The translations under genes were made by a program, and so were the position numbers. The notes under the pieces are model-generated. The model had not been told where the DNA came from and ran no database searches. It saw only the letters and a program-made list of their open reading frames with translations. Below, one piece after another: positions 19,444 through 28,626 of a stretch of DNA of 64,000 nt; positions within the stretch are counted from its first letter, which is position 1; the number at the start of each line of letters is the position of its first letter. Source of the DNA: a virus; IMG/VR virus record IMGVR_UViG_3300049893_002759, positions 4,056-68,055 of that record; one strand, given 5' to 3'.

Positions 19444-19469
19444 CTTTATTAAGTCTTAAAGGACGCTAT

Positions 19470-19841
19470 ATGACACAGCCAAAAGCTTTAGTTTTAGATG
19501 AAATAGTTCGCATTTATAAGAATAGCGCCAATCGTGTGATTGGTATTCACTGTATTGCTGTGCATGAACAAAGAGAAGTGTTCCCAAATCCAATTCCATC
19601 TAAAATAAATGCTTCTAGATTTAAACGTACTGCTACTATTCATGTTCATTTTGATAGACTTAATTTAGTTATGGGCGAATCTCGAGTAATTAGCGCAATA
19701 CAGATGCTAGGCAAATATGATGATTTTACCTACAATGGTACAAATACAGATATCATAATTGTAAAATATCTAGGAAATGATCAAACAAATGATTTAGAAG
19801 TAAGCTTAAAAAATCTACCTACTATTGGAGAAACACTCTAA
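19470..19841 (+). CDS. Hypothetical protein, paralog of 24694..25095
   Basis: Shares RFKRTA...I(S/A)xIQxxGKYD with 24694..25095. Confidence 0.65.
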   Translation: MTQPKALVLDEIVRIYKNSANRVIGIHCIAVHEQREVFPNPIPSKINASRFKRTATIHVHFDRLNLVMGESRVISAIQMLGKYDDFTYNGTNTDIIIVKYLGNDQTNDLEVSLKNLPTIGETL

Positions 19842-20326
19842 TGAGTTGTCCAACATCTAAATCAATTCAGCAACATATTATTGAACATGAAATTCTTGGT
19901 GTTGGATCATCTAGTTCTGCAGATTTGTTAGTTATTGATGGTTATCCAACTTATATTGACCCGAGTAGAGGTGGAAAAAGATTATCCACTAATAGGCCAA
20001 TATTTATTGCAACTAAAAAAGCAAAAGCAGAAAATGTATATCTTCAAACCGCATCTTCGATTGCAAGTTCTAAAACTGGGTATAGAATGTTACATAATGG
20101 TACTATTACAAGTATAGTCCTTCAATTATCTAGTTCAGCTAATGTTAACTTACATATTTATCGTAACAATACCTTAACTCCACTTGTAACTCTTAATGTA
20201 AATGGTCAAGGTGGACATTCTTACTCAGTAAATGTTGATTTTGCTGAATCTGATATTTTGCAGTTTTTTATTGAAGGAATATGCCATAATCCAGTTAGTT
20301 GGATTGAAGTTGCGTGGCGATTCTAA
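19841..20326 (+). CDS. Virion fibre-tip-like protein, paralog of the C-terminal domain of 20346..21821
   Basis: TGYRMLHNGTITSI...NVDF...EVAWRF aligns with TGFRMLRNGTITGI...NVDF...EIAWRV. Confidence 0.65.
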   Translation: MSCPTSKSIQQHIIEHEILGVGSSSSADLLVIDGYPTYIDPSRGGKRLSTNRPIFIATKKAKAENVYLQTASSIASSKTGYRMLHNGTITSIVLQLSSSANVNLHIYRNNTLTPLVTLNVNGQGGHSYSVNVDFAESDILQFFIEGICHNPVSWIEVAWRF

Positions 20327-20345
20327 TTTTGGAGCGTGATTATGC

Positions 20346-21821
20346 GTGTCTACTCTTCTTTATGTACGTACATCTAGTGCCGGTACAGGCCCAGATGTTT
20401 TTCTTCAAGATCTAGGTATTACTGTTGCTACTAGCGCTACATGGACACTATTAAGTTCTTCATCTCCTGAGCGTCCTGATGGTTCAAATGGTCAATTCAC
20501 TGCTCGTGAAATTCGTGATTCAGTAGACCTTTTCAATGCTATTGATTCAGGTTTACTTGAATGGTCAAAAGACGGAATTGCAGTTGAAACTGCAGTCAGC
20601 TATACATCTGACTATATGTTGTTCCAGGACTTCACTGATGATAGTCCTTATTTTCTAAACTTAACTGTTAGTGGAACATTGACTGCTTCTGGTTTTGATA
20701 TCTCAAATCACTTCAATGGTGGTCCAAATAAGCATGATGCTTCAGAGATTGATGTAGAAGGCACTTACAGCAATATTCCTGCTGCACCTTCAGATCTAGA
20801 AACTGTAATTGCAAGTATTAATACTGCACTTAGCACCGCATCTTCATTTGCTTTTGGCGTTGTTAATGCTGACTCTGGTACTGCAACGGCTGACGTAGGT
20901 TCAGATACTATCTCTATTACTGGTGCAAATGGTATTGTTACTTCTGCAGCTGATAACCCAGAAACATTAAGCATTGATGGTAATGCTCTATTGCCACGCG
21001 ATGGTTCTCGCCCAATGACGGGAGACCTTAATCTTGCTGGCAATAGTGTTGTTTCAGGTCTTAATGCTACTTTTACTGGTAATGTAAATCTTGGAGGAGC
21101 TACACAATTTAAGCTGCCACAAGCAACCGACGTTCCTTCTACCTTTACTGGTGGTAGTGAAGGCGATCTTGCTTGGGATACAGACGATGAGGCTCTTTAT
21201 GCTCATGATGGTACACAATGGTTCGCTATTGCTCCTGCTTCAGGTATAATTACTGACCATGGTGGCTTAACTGGTCTTCTTGATGATGACCATCCACAGT
21301 ATGCATTATTGAACGGTAATGCTGTTAGAAATACCGTTTCTGGTGTCTTTGACTTCACTAATGGTGATTTGATTCTTCCAGTTGATGTAACTCCACCAGC
21401 TGGCGTTAATGGACAGATAACAACTATTGGTGGTGTTCAATATGTATATGACGGCACACGTTCTAAATGGCTTTCTGTAAACCATGAAACACTTTGGGCA
21501 GCTAGAAATTCTGGTTCTGCTAATAATATTTATTTGCGTGGACCAGACAGTATTGCAACCAGTGCTACAGGATTTAGAATGTTGCGTAATGGTACGATTA
21601 CAGGTATTACAGCTGCATTTTCAGCTGTTGATACAGCTACGATTGAAGTGCGTAGAAACGATTCACCAACCGTACTTGCTTCATTAGTGGTAACTGCTGC
21701 TGCTGGTGCTCAAAACGCAACTATTAACGTAGATTTCAATGCTGGAGATGAAATACAAATTTATCTCAATGGTAGTGCACCATATCCTATGGCTAGTGTT
21801 GAAATTGCTTGGAGAGTTTGA
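20346..21821 (+). CDS. Putative head/neck fibre protein
   Basis: T/S/G/A/D-rich; fibre-like motifs LPRDGSRPMTGDL and DHGGLTGLLDDDHPQY. Confidence 0.6.
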   Translation: MSTLLYVRTSSAGTGPDVFLQDLGITVATSATWTLLSSSSPERPDGSNGQFTAREIRDSVDLFNAIDSGLLEWSKDGIAVETAVSYTSDYMLFQDFTDDSPYFLNLTVSGTLTASGFDISNHFNGGPNKHDASEIDVEGTYSNIPAAPSDLETVIASINTALSTASSFAFGVVNADSGTATADVGSDTISITGANGIVTSAADNPETLSIDGNALLPRDGSRPMTGDLNLAGNSVVSGLNATFTGNVNLGGATQFKLPQATDVPSTFTGGSEGDLAWDTDDEALYAHDGTQWFAIAPASGIITDHGGLTGLLDDDHPQYALLNGNAVRNTVSGVFDFTNGDLILPVDVTPPAGVNGQITTIGGVQYVYDGTRSKWLSVNHETLWAARNSGSANNIYLRGPDSIATSATGFRMLRNGTITGITAAFSAVDTATIEVRRNDSPTVLASLVVTAAAGAQNATINVDFNAGDEIQIYLNGSAPYPMASVEIAWRV

Positions 21822-21841
21822 TTTAATATTTAATTAGATAC

Positions 21842-21874
21842 ACACAAAAAGGGGCATTATGCCCCTTTTTGTGT
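21842..21874. terminator. Bidirectional-type rho-independent terminator
   Basis: Inverted repeat ACACAAAAAGGGGCA-TTA-TGCCCCTTTTTGTGT. Confidence 0.85.
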
Positions 21875-21888
21875 TATAAAATAACTAT

Positions 21889-22863
21889 ATGTCATTTTTA
21901 ATTAGCACCACTGGAACTACAGTTAACTTATATGATTTAGGAGTAATTATTACTCACCCTACTATAGATAGGGACCTTTCTGTAGAGTTTAGTGCAACTG
22001 AATTAGCTGATAGTACATTACTAACTACTGCTATCAATAACGGCACTTTAACATTAAAAATTTCTGATGAAGAATATGGAAATTATGAAGTAGATTCTAC
22101 AGAATATTACTCTGGTTTATCAGTTCAAAATCAATTTATTAAAGCTGAAATTGAAAACTATATAACACAAAAAGAATTAAGTGCTGGTGTTTTAGATACT
22201 CTTATTGATCCTGCAGCATCTGCTATCTCTATTACATCTACTGCTTCGTTAACAAAAAATGTTTATTCTGTTAATGGAAAATTCCAGAAATGGAAACTAG
22301 AACCTAACGATAAAGTAGTTATTACAGGTGGTGCTGCGGCCGGGACCTATACTGTTGACGAAGTAATCGATCAATATCAGTTTACTGTTATAGAAAGCAT
22401 AGTAGATACAGCAGGTACAGGTACTTTTGCACTTTATCATCCTATTGGATCAACAAGGGTTACGGTAGATACAACTGGCCTTACAAACATAAGTGGTTCT
22501 AACTTACAAACAGTACTTAGTTCTATAGATGATGCAATTAGTGCTACAAGTGGTTTTGATGCTATTCAACATAATAGTTTACGTCAGTTAATTCATTTTA
22601 TTAATGAAGGTCCAGGTGATGGTTTTGCTAGTGGTTGTACTAAAACTGTTTCTGGTGGCATATTTCCTACATCTGTAATATGGAGATTGCCTGATAATAA
22701 AAAGCTTGTAGAATTAACTATTACACGCAATAACTCATTATTGCCAATCATTGAAGAATGGAAGATGTATGATACTGATGGAATAACAGTATTAACTACC
22801 CTTACAGATACTATTAATTATTACAGTGTATTTGAAAATTACAGAACAAGGACAATCTCATGA
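21889..22863 (+). CDS. Putative fibre/structural protein sharing its N-terminal domain with 20346..21821
   Basis: LYDLG...EFSATELADSTLLTTAINNG aligns with LQDLG...QFTAREIRDSVDLFNAIDSG. Confidence 0.6.
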   Translation: MSFLISTTGTTVNLYDLGVIITHPTIDRDLSVEFSATELADSTLLTTAINNGTLTLKISDEEYGNYEVDSTEYYSGLSVQNQFIKAEIENYITQKELSAGVLDTLIDPAASAISITSTASLTKNVYSVNGKFQKWKLEPNDKVVITGGAAAGTYTVDEVIDQYQFTVIESIVDTAGTGTFALYHPIGSTRVTVDTTGLTNISGSNLQTVLSSIDDAISATSGFDAIQHNSLRQLIHFINEGPGDGFASGCTKTVSGGIFPTSVIWRLPDNKKLVELTITRNNSLLPIIEEWKMYDTDGITVLTTLTDTINYYSVFENYRTRTIS

Positions 22864-23846
22864 GCGCAAATAGTCCTGCTAGTATTCTTTTTACAATTAG
22901 TGGTGTTCCATTAGGTGTTGATGATGGACAATCCGCAACCACCTCTGGATTGCAAGGTTTAGTGGTTGCGGGATCTGACGGTACTGAATTACATCATATA
23001 CGTACAACTGCAGATGGTAGCATTCGTATTGATCCTATTGGTACTACAGCACAGCCAGTGACGGATAATGGTGGTTCATTAACTATTGATGCCACTTCGT
23101 TACCTTTGCCTATAGGCGCAGCTACTGAAACAACATTATCTACTCTTTTAACAGAAAATGTTTTTTTAGATCATATAGGTGAAGTTCAATCTACTCCAAC
23201 AGTAAACACCATACTTGGTCGACTAAAAGATCTATATGACATATTGATTGCACGTTTAGGTACATTAGGTCAAAAGTTAATGAGTGGATCAACTCCAGTC
23301 GTTATTGCTAGTGATCAAACGCCTATTCAAACTAGTCTTACTGATTCTGATGGCACGCCTGTAGGTGTAGATGATGGAGAAAGTATTCCTGTAGGAACAG
23401 ATGGAATATTAGCAATGGGCAGTGATTACACTGGATATGCTAGACGAATCAGAACAACTGCAGATGGTCGTTTAATAGTAAATAGTGCTGTAGCAGCTCC
23501 TCCTGCTACTTCAGTTGTTAATCAAGGTGTAACTGGTGATGTAGCTACTGTAACCGATGTTTTTTATACTATTCCAAATGGTGAACAATTAAAAATACAA
23601 AGATTTGCAGGTGGCGGCGAACAAGCAACAGGTGGTAGTAAAGTGGAATTATATTGGGCACCAAACGGTAACACTACTGGAATAGAAAGAATTCGCGTAG
23701 GTTATGTTAATGGTAATAATTTTGAATTTACACTAGACTGGGATGCTCCCGCATTAGGTAATGGCACACGAGCTATATTGATTCGTCGAGAACGTTTTTC
23801 AGGTGGCGCCATTGAATTAGCAGGCTTTTGGGATGGATATTACTAA
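22860..23846 (+). CDS. Putative fibre protein with internal ~45-aa duplication
   Basis: PLGVDDGQS...GSD...IRTTADGSI and PVGVDDGES...GSD...IRTTADGRL. Confidence 0.6.
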   Translation: MSANSPASILFTISGVPLGVDDGQSATTSGLQGLVVAGSDGTELHHIRTTADGSIRIDPIGTTAQPVTDNGGSLTIDATSLPLPIGAATETTLSTLLTENVFLDHIGEVQSTPTVNTILGRLKDLYDILIARLGTLGQKLMSGSTPVVIASDQTPIQTSLTDSDGTPVGVDDGESIPVGTDGILAMGSDYTGYARRIRTTADGRLIVNSAVAAPPATSVVNQGVTGDVATVTDVFYTIPNGEQLKIQRFAGGGEQATGGSKVELYWAPNGNTTGIERIRVGYVNGNNFEFTLDWDAPALGNGTRAILIRRERFSGGAIELAGFWDGYY

Positions 23847-24529
23847 TGTTGCATTTACGAATTTCTTATTCAGTTTGGCTTGATTTATTAACCGAAAATA
23901 CTTCATGGCAAACTTATTATTTACAAAAAGATAATGGTTATTCTGTCTATAGTGGACATGAAAATATAGTTTATGAATCATTTACAAATGATATGTCAGG
24001 CTTTTTAAATCTATTTGATGATTCAATACTAGTATCTATGGCTGATGATGCTATGGCATTACTTTCAACAACTACTGTTCCACCTCATCGAGATACAAAT
24101 GGAAATTTAATTGTTGCTCCAACACATTTTACAATCAGTGAATCTTGGAGAATGGAAGGCATTCGTTTTACAGCTAGTGGTAATAGCCTTACCATGTATG
24201 ATTATCCCATAACCAAAGAAATTCTTATGCAGGGAGCACAATGGTGGACAGTATGTAATTCACTTGATGATGAAGCTGATTTTAGCGTAATAGACAAAAC
24301 TAACGCATTAGGATTACATACCCTATATGGTCTTCCAGTAGGTTATCCAATTGAATTAAAGAAGTTTATTAATAATTATCACGTGCCATCTGGTAGCCAT
24401 ACTGGTTTGATTCAAGCTCCAACTGTAACACCAATAGTTTCAGGATTACATGTCAGAATTGCATATACAAATAATGGTGATGATAACGCAGAAATTGGAG
24501 TGAATTATATCTATTATGAAAAAACCTAA
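23846..24529 (+). CDS. Hypothetical structural protein
   Basis: TAATG coupled start at 23846 is preferred over 23828. Confidence 0.55.
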   Translation: MLHLRISYSVWLDLLTENTSWQTYYLQKDNGYSVYSGHENIVYESFTNDMSGFLNLFDDSILVSMADDAMALLSTTTVPPHRDTNGNLIVAPTHFTISESWRMEGIRFTASGNSLTMYDYPITKEILMQGAQWWTVCNSLDDEADFSVIDKTNALGLHTLYGLPVGYPIELKKFINNYHVPSGSHTGLIQAPTVTPIVSGLHVRIAYTNNGDDNAEIGVNYIYYEKT

Positions 24530-24659
24530 AAAGTTAATTATTAATGGTGAAGAAGTAGAGCCACTTCCTAAGAAAAAACTTCATGAAGAACTAACTCTTA
24601 CTGAAATTGAAAAACTAATTAAAGACAAGCAAAAAGAACTTGGACTTATCAAGAACTAA
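24516..24659 (+). CDS. Small Lys/Glu-rich hypothetical protein (47 aa), not in the ORF track
   Basis: MKKPKKLIINGEEVEPLPKKKLHEELTLTEIEKLIKDKQKELGLIKN*; fills the gap between neighbouring genes. Confidence 0.5.
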   Translation: MKKPKKLIINGEEVEPLPKKKLHEELTLTEIEKLIKDKQKELGLIKN

Positions 24660-24664
24660 TAATC

Positions 24665-24673
24665 TGTTAGAAT
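24665..24673 (+). promoter_or_regulatory. Candidate extended -10 promoter (TGTTAGAAT)
   Basis: Intergenic, just upstream of the SD of 24694; similar elements at 53091 (TGTTAAAAT) and ~31300 (TTGTAGAAT). Confidence 0.3.
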
Positions 24674-24693
24674 AACATTGAGGTGCATGTCTA

Positions 24694-25095
24694 ATGCCTG
24701 CAGGATATACTTCTGGTCAAATTTCTGTTCTTGATACTATTACTCGCACATGCTTCAATGGTGCGGGTGATGTTATAGCTACACAAGTTATTACAGTTCA
24801 AGCTTATACCATACAAGGTTTTAATGCTGCTGGAATGAATTTGGTAACTTCAGATGGTTTAAGTACCAATCGTTTTAAGCGTACTGCTGTAGTTAAACTT
24901 TCTACTACTAAGTCTCCGATAACTGGAGCTTCATCTACTATTGCTAGTATTCAGACTGAAGGGAAATATGACGCCCGTACTGAAAGTGGGGGCGATATCA
25001 CTACTGTAACTTATACAGGTCGAGCACCAGTCAATGATATTATTGTTCCTGTTACTACTTTGGGTGGAGTGCTTAAAGTAGGTGATTCTGTGTGA
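24694..25095 (+). CDS. Hypothetical protein, paralog of 19470..19841
   Basis: GAGGTG SD; STNRFKRTAVV...IASIQTEGKYD. Confidence 0.65.
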   Translation: MPAGYTSGQISVLDTITRTCFNGAGDVIATQVITVQAYTIQGFNAAGMNLVTSDGLSTNRFKRTAVVKLSTTKSPITGASSTIASIQTEGKYDARTESGGDITTVTYTGRAPVNDIIVPVTTLGGVLKVGDSV

Positions 25096-25892
25096 AAGTT
25101 AAATTAGTTCTTTCTGGTTCTGGTACTAAATTTCCTATTTTTGCAGGCGCTCTTAAGCGTTTGGAAGAGGCAGGTTATATAATAGAAGAAATTATTGGCA
25201 CATCTGGTGGCGCCATTATTGCTGCTGCACTTGCCTCAGGAATGTCTGCTGATAAGATTATTAATTTATGTAAAGAGATTATGCCTCGTTTGCATAAATT
25301 GGTCGATTTTAATGTATTCAGACCACTTACAGACTGGGGGTTTGTTGGTGGCAAAAAGATCAAAGAAGAACTAGGTAAACACTTTGTTAACATTTTAGGT
25401 GAAGTGAAAATCCCATTACATATAACAGTAACTAATTTTGATACGGGTATGTTAGAAATTTTTAGTTCTAAAACTCACCCTAAACTAGAAACAAATAGAG
25501 CTGTCCGTGCAAGTGCTTCTATCCCAGTCTTTTTTGTACCAGAAATTATTAATGGAGACATGTATATTGATGGTGGAGTAAAAGCTAATTTTGCCATCGA
25601 TTACTTTAAAGATACTTCAAATATAATTGGTCTTTACTTTGTAGAAAAGCCAGGACGTAAACCACGTCCAAAAGGTATATTAGCTTTTGTTAATTTTATC
25701 GGACGAATTATCGATATGTTAATAAATGCTAAAACTCAAGACGATATAGAAGATGCTCCAAATGCTATACGCATTCCATTAACTAGTGAAGTTAATGGAC
25801 TTGATTTTTCATTTAAACCTGAAGAAGTAGAAGCTATGATTAAAGAAGGCTATAATGGAGTGGATCGTTGGATTAAAACTAATTCGAGGTAA
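25092..25892 (+). CDS. Patatin-like phospholipase
   Basis: LVLSGSG oxyanion loop, GTSGG nucleophile elbow (GxSxG), ASASIPVFF, YIDGG catalytic Asp motif. Confidence 0.9.
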   Translation: MKVKLVLSGSGTKFPIFAGALKRLEEAGYIIEEIIGTSGGAIIAAALASGMSADKIINLCKEIMPRLHKLVDFNVFRPLTDWGFVGGKKIKEELGKHFVNILGEVKIPLHITVTNFDTGMLEIFSSKTHPKLETNRAVRASASIPVFFVPEIINGDMYIDGGVKANFAIDYFKDTSNIIGLYFVEKPGRKPRPKGILAFVNFIGRIIDMLINAKTQDDIEDAPNAIRIPLTSEVNGLDFSFKPEEVEAMIKEGYNGVDRWIKTNSR

Positions 25893-25897
25893 CTCTA

Positions 25898-26344
25898 ATG
25901 AGTAAAACATCTAAAATTCTACATAAAATACATACAGGCGATTTAATTTTTATTGCTGCTTCTAAACAAAATCCTGTTGAATGGATTGATGTAGCATTGA
26001 TTTACAATCACGATGTTTTCCGAACTATACAACTAGGAGATGGTAATAGTAAAACTATTCGTCAATCTACAGCTGAATATTTAGAACATGAATATAGGCC
26101 TATTGGTGTATTTCGACATTTTCACATGGCTTTAGAAGAGCGAGAGTTATTAGCAAAAACAATAGTGCATGTATTTGATAAGCCTTTAAGTTTTTGGATG
26201 AAAGTATATAGTTTCTTTAAAAAGCCAGTTAAAGAATTTAATTGGAACAATCAACAATCAATTAAACCATTATTGCTTAAGCACTTTAAACAAGAATCAG
26301 TTAAGCAGTGGGAAGAATCAGGTATGCTTGTTCGCTTAATATAA
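25898..26344 (+). CDS. Hypothetical protein, possibly a degenerate permuted papain-like (YiiX/NlpC-P60) fold
   Basis: HTGDLIF...WIDVALIY resembles the GDLIF...SHVGI start of that family but lacks the catalytic His and any Cys. Confidence 0.35.
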   Translation: MSKTSKILHKIHTGDLIFIAASKQNPVEWIDVALIYNHDVFRTIQLGDGNSKTIRQSTAEYLEHEYRPIGVFRHFHMALEERELLAKTIVHVFDKPLSFWMKVYSFFKKPVKEFNWNNQQSIKPLLLKHFKQESVKQWEESGMLVRLI

Positions 26345-26355
26345 GGTGGTCATCA

Positions 26356-27348
26356 ATGAATTCTCGTGATCCAATTAGAGTAGGACAACAAGGTCGCCTT
26401 CGTGTACAATTTTTTGATGCTGCAGGTCAGCCTATTGAAGCAACTAGCGTAACTGTTGATTTATTTGCTCCTGGACTTAATCCTGATGTCGATACTCCTA
26501 CAATTACCGGACTAATTCCCACATATAATGGACAAGGCGTATTTGAACTTTTAGTTACTGCAATAGGGCCAGGAGGACAATGGGCCGATAGATGGACAGG
26601 TTCTATTCTTGGTACCCCAACTATAGCCGTACAGAAATTTTCTGTAATATCTGATGGTATTATCGCATCTTATCCTATTCATGGATTAGGAGAAAATACT
26701 CTTGTTGAAATATTACTTTCAAAAGATATTACTTCTATTAACGGCGTAAGTTTAGATGAAGATTTTGGATTCTTTTATACTACTTCTTATAACCCTCTTT
26801 ACTCTAGTGTTAAAAAAGTCAAACTTGATGCTGGCGGTATGATTGGTAACCTTCCAGATGATACGATTAATTTAGCTATTCTAGAAGCTTCTATTGAAGC
26901 TGATGTACTTCATTTTAGAAAAGCTATCATCAATGAAAACGTATTTGTCCATGCAAGACGCCAATATGTGACCTGTTTAGCAGCACAAGGATTAGCTCAA
27001 AATATTTTAGCTAATGGCGGAGTGGTTAAGAGTAAAGCTCTTGCAGATTTTAAAGTTGAATATGATGTTAATATTCTTGGTGATTTACTACGTAGCTTAA
27101 ATGATTGTTGTAAAAAATGGGAAGCTCAAATTCAAACTGGCGGTGGCGCGCGAACTGTTCGTAATCCACGAATGGTAGTTAAAGGAGAACTTGATCCAGA
27201 TCGTCCAGCAACAGGCAAATTATGGTATGGTTTGTCTTCTGGAGAACAACCTATTGGCAACAACAAGTATCGTACCAGCGGCACTCGTCGTTGGAGAACT
27301 GGTTGGATATCTAGAACTCCACGTACTGGTAATGGAAGTGAATGGTAG
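26356..27348 (+). CDS. Putative head-tail adaptor/neck protein
   Basis: AAGGTG SD before ATG 26356; KSKALADFKVEY resembles adaptor 'SKSLGDFSVSY'; located upstream of the sheath. Confidence 0.5.
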   Translation: MNSRDPIRVGQQGRLRVQFFDAAGQPIEATSVTVDLFAPGLNPDVDTPTITGLIPTYNGQGVFELLVTAIGPGGQWADRWTGSILGTPTIAVQKFSVISDGIIASYPIHGLGENTLVEILLSKDITSINGVSLDEDFGFFYTTSYNPLYSSVKKVKLDAGGMIGNLPDDTINLAILEASIEADVLHFRKAIINENVFVHARRQYVTCLAAQGLAQNILANGGVVKSKALADFKVEYDVNILGDLLRSLNDCCKKWEAQIQTGGGARTVRNPRMVVKGELDPDRPATGKLWYGLSSGEQPIGNNKYRTSGTRRWRTGWISRTPRTGNGSEW

Positions 27349-27905
27349 TGTCAAAAAAATATGATTTTTATTCATCAACCAAAACAGGAATGACAGAGAT
27401 TGATCTTCGATCTGAATTCTTAAATACTATGTATGGGAAAGGTCCTGAAATTCCAAAACGACAAGAAGGTTTAGTTCGTATCTTTCGTCGTACTGTTGAT
27501 AATAAACTTATTTCCTGTCCATGTGTTGATCCAGTAACAGGTGAGCCTGATAGAGAAACACGATGTCCTGTTTGTTTAGGCGAAGGTAATCTTTGGGATG
27601 AAGTTAAGATTGATTTCTATCACATTCGTGCAGAATCTCAATCTTCTTTATCTTTTCAAGACAAACAACGAGCACCAGGAATTATGAACACTATCGCCGA
27701 AGTTTTTTATATTCCTTGGCAGTTCGAATTGACAAAAGAAGATAAGATTGTAATATTAACACTTGACAAGGAAGGTTATGTAGCTACTCCTCTAACCCGA
27801 TTTCAATTGTTTAGAATTTCCGATATAAGACCAATGCGACTCGATAATGGACGCTTGGAATTCTGGAAGATCTACACTTATGAAGATGGATCTAAGTTCT
27901 TATAA
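27342..27905 (+). CDS. Putative head-closure/neck protein with Zn-finger insert
   Basis: CPC...CPVCLGEG motif; position in the neck cluster. Confidence 0.5.
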   Translation: MVVSKKYDFYSSTKTGMTEIDLRSEFLNTMYGKGPEIPKRQEGLVRIFRRTVDNKLISCPCVDPVTGEPDRETRCPVCLGEGNLWDEVKIDFYHIRAESQSSLSFQDKQRAPGIMNTIAEVFYIPWQFELTKEDKIVILTLDKEGYVATPLTRFQLFRISDIRPMRLDNGRLEFWKIYTYEDGSKFL

Positions 27906-27914
27906 AGGTGATTT

Positions 27915-28601
27915 ATGAGTCAATTTGATATTTCAGCTGAACTTCTAGAAAATCCTTATAGAATTAGAGTGGCGCAAACTTTTAGTGGTATTGTTGAGCG
28001 AACCGAAGGTACTCGGTCAGTAACTCCCGGTCCCGCCAAAAACTATTTTGAATTTTGTGAATTATTAAAGCAAGCACTAGATGATTATCAAGCACGTCTT
28101 GAAAGTCCAAATAAAGTTGTTTTATCATGGGAAACTCCTGACAAAACAGCTATCACAGAAGTAGTAAGTATCAACCTAGTTAAACGACTACCAGGCGCAT
28201 TCGATCAAGGGGCACCATTTGAAGGATCGGTCAAAAACCTTCGCCCTATTATGAGAGAAAGTAAACCTGACCCAGATGCTCCCGGATATAGAAAAATCAT
28301 ACTTGGGAAATGGTATGACAATTTAGTTCGGCTTACATGTTGGGCTCAAACTAACAAAGAGGCAATACAGCGTTCTTTTTGGTTTGAACAGTTTATTGAA
28401 AAATATACCTGGTTCTTCAAAATGTCTGGTGTTCAAAGAGTAATCTTTTGGGGACAAGAAGAAGATATAGTCATAGATAATGACGGCAAAAAGTTATATG
28501 GCAGACCATTACTTTTCTATGTACAAACTGAAGAATTGACAGTTCATTCTGAAAAAGAACTTGAAGAAATTTATGTCAATCTTGCTGTCAAGAAAAAGTA
28601 A
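27915..28601 (+). CDS. Putative tail terminator/completion protein
   Basis: 228 aa immediately upstream of the sheath; YDNLVRLTCWAQTNKEA. Confidence 0.45.
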   Translation: MSQFDISAELLENPYRIRVAQTFSGIVERTEGTRSVTPGPAKNYFEFCELLKQALDDYQARLESPNKVVLSWETPDKTAITEVVSINLVKRLPGAFDQGAPFEGSVKNLRPIMRESKPDPDAPGYRKIILGKWYDNLVRLTCWAQTNKEAIQRSFWFEQFIEKYTWFFKMSGVQRVIFWGQEEDIVIDNDGKKLYGRPLLFYVQTEELTVHSEKELEEIYVNLAVKKK

Positions 28602-28626
28602 ATTGGTCTAAAGGAGGAAATTCCAA

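Noticed and set aside
25092-25892. CBASS or other defence operon around the patatin
   Set aside because: No CD-NTase, E1/E2 or JAB gene nearby; the context is purely structural.
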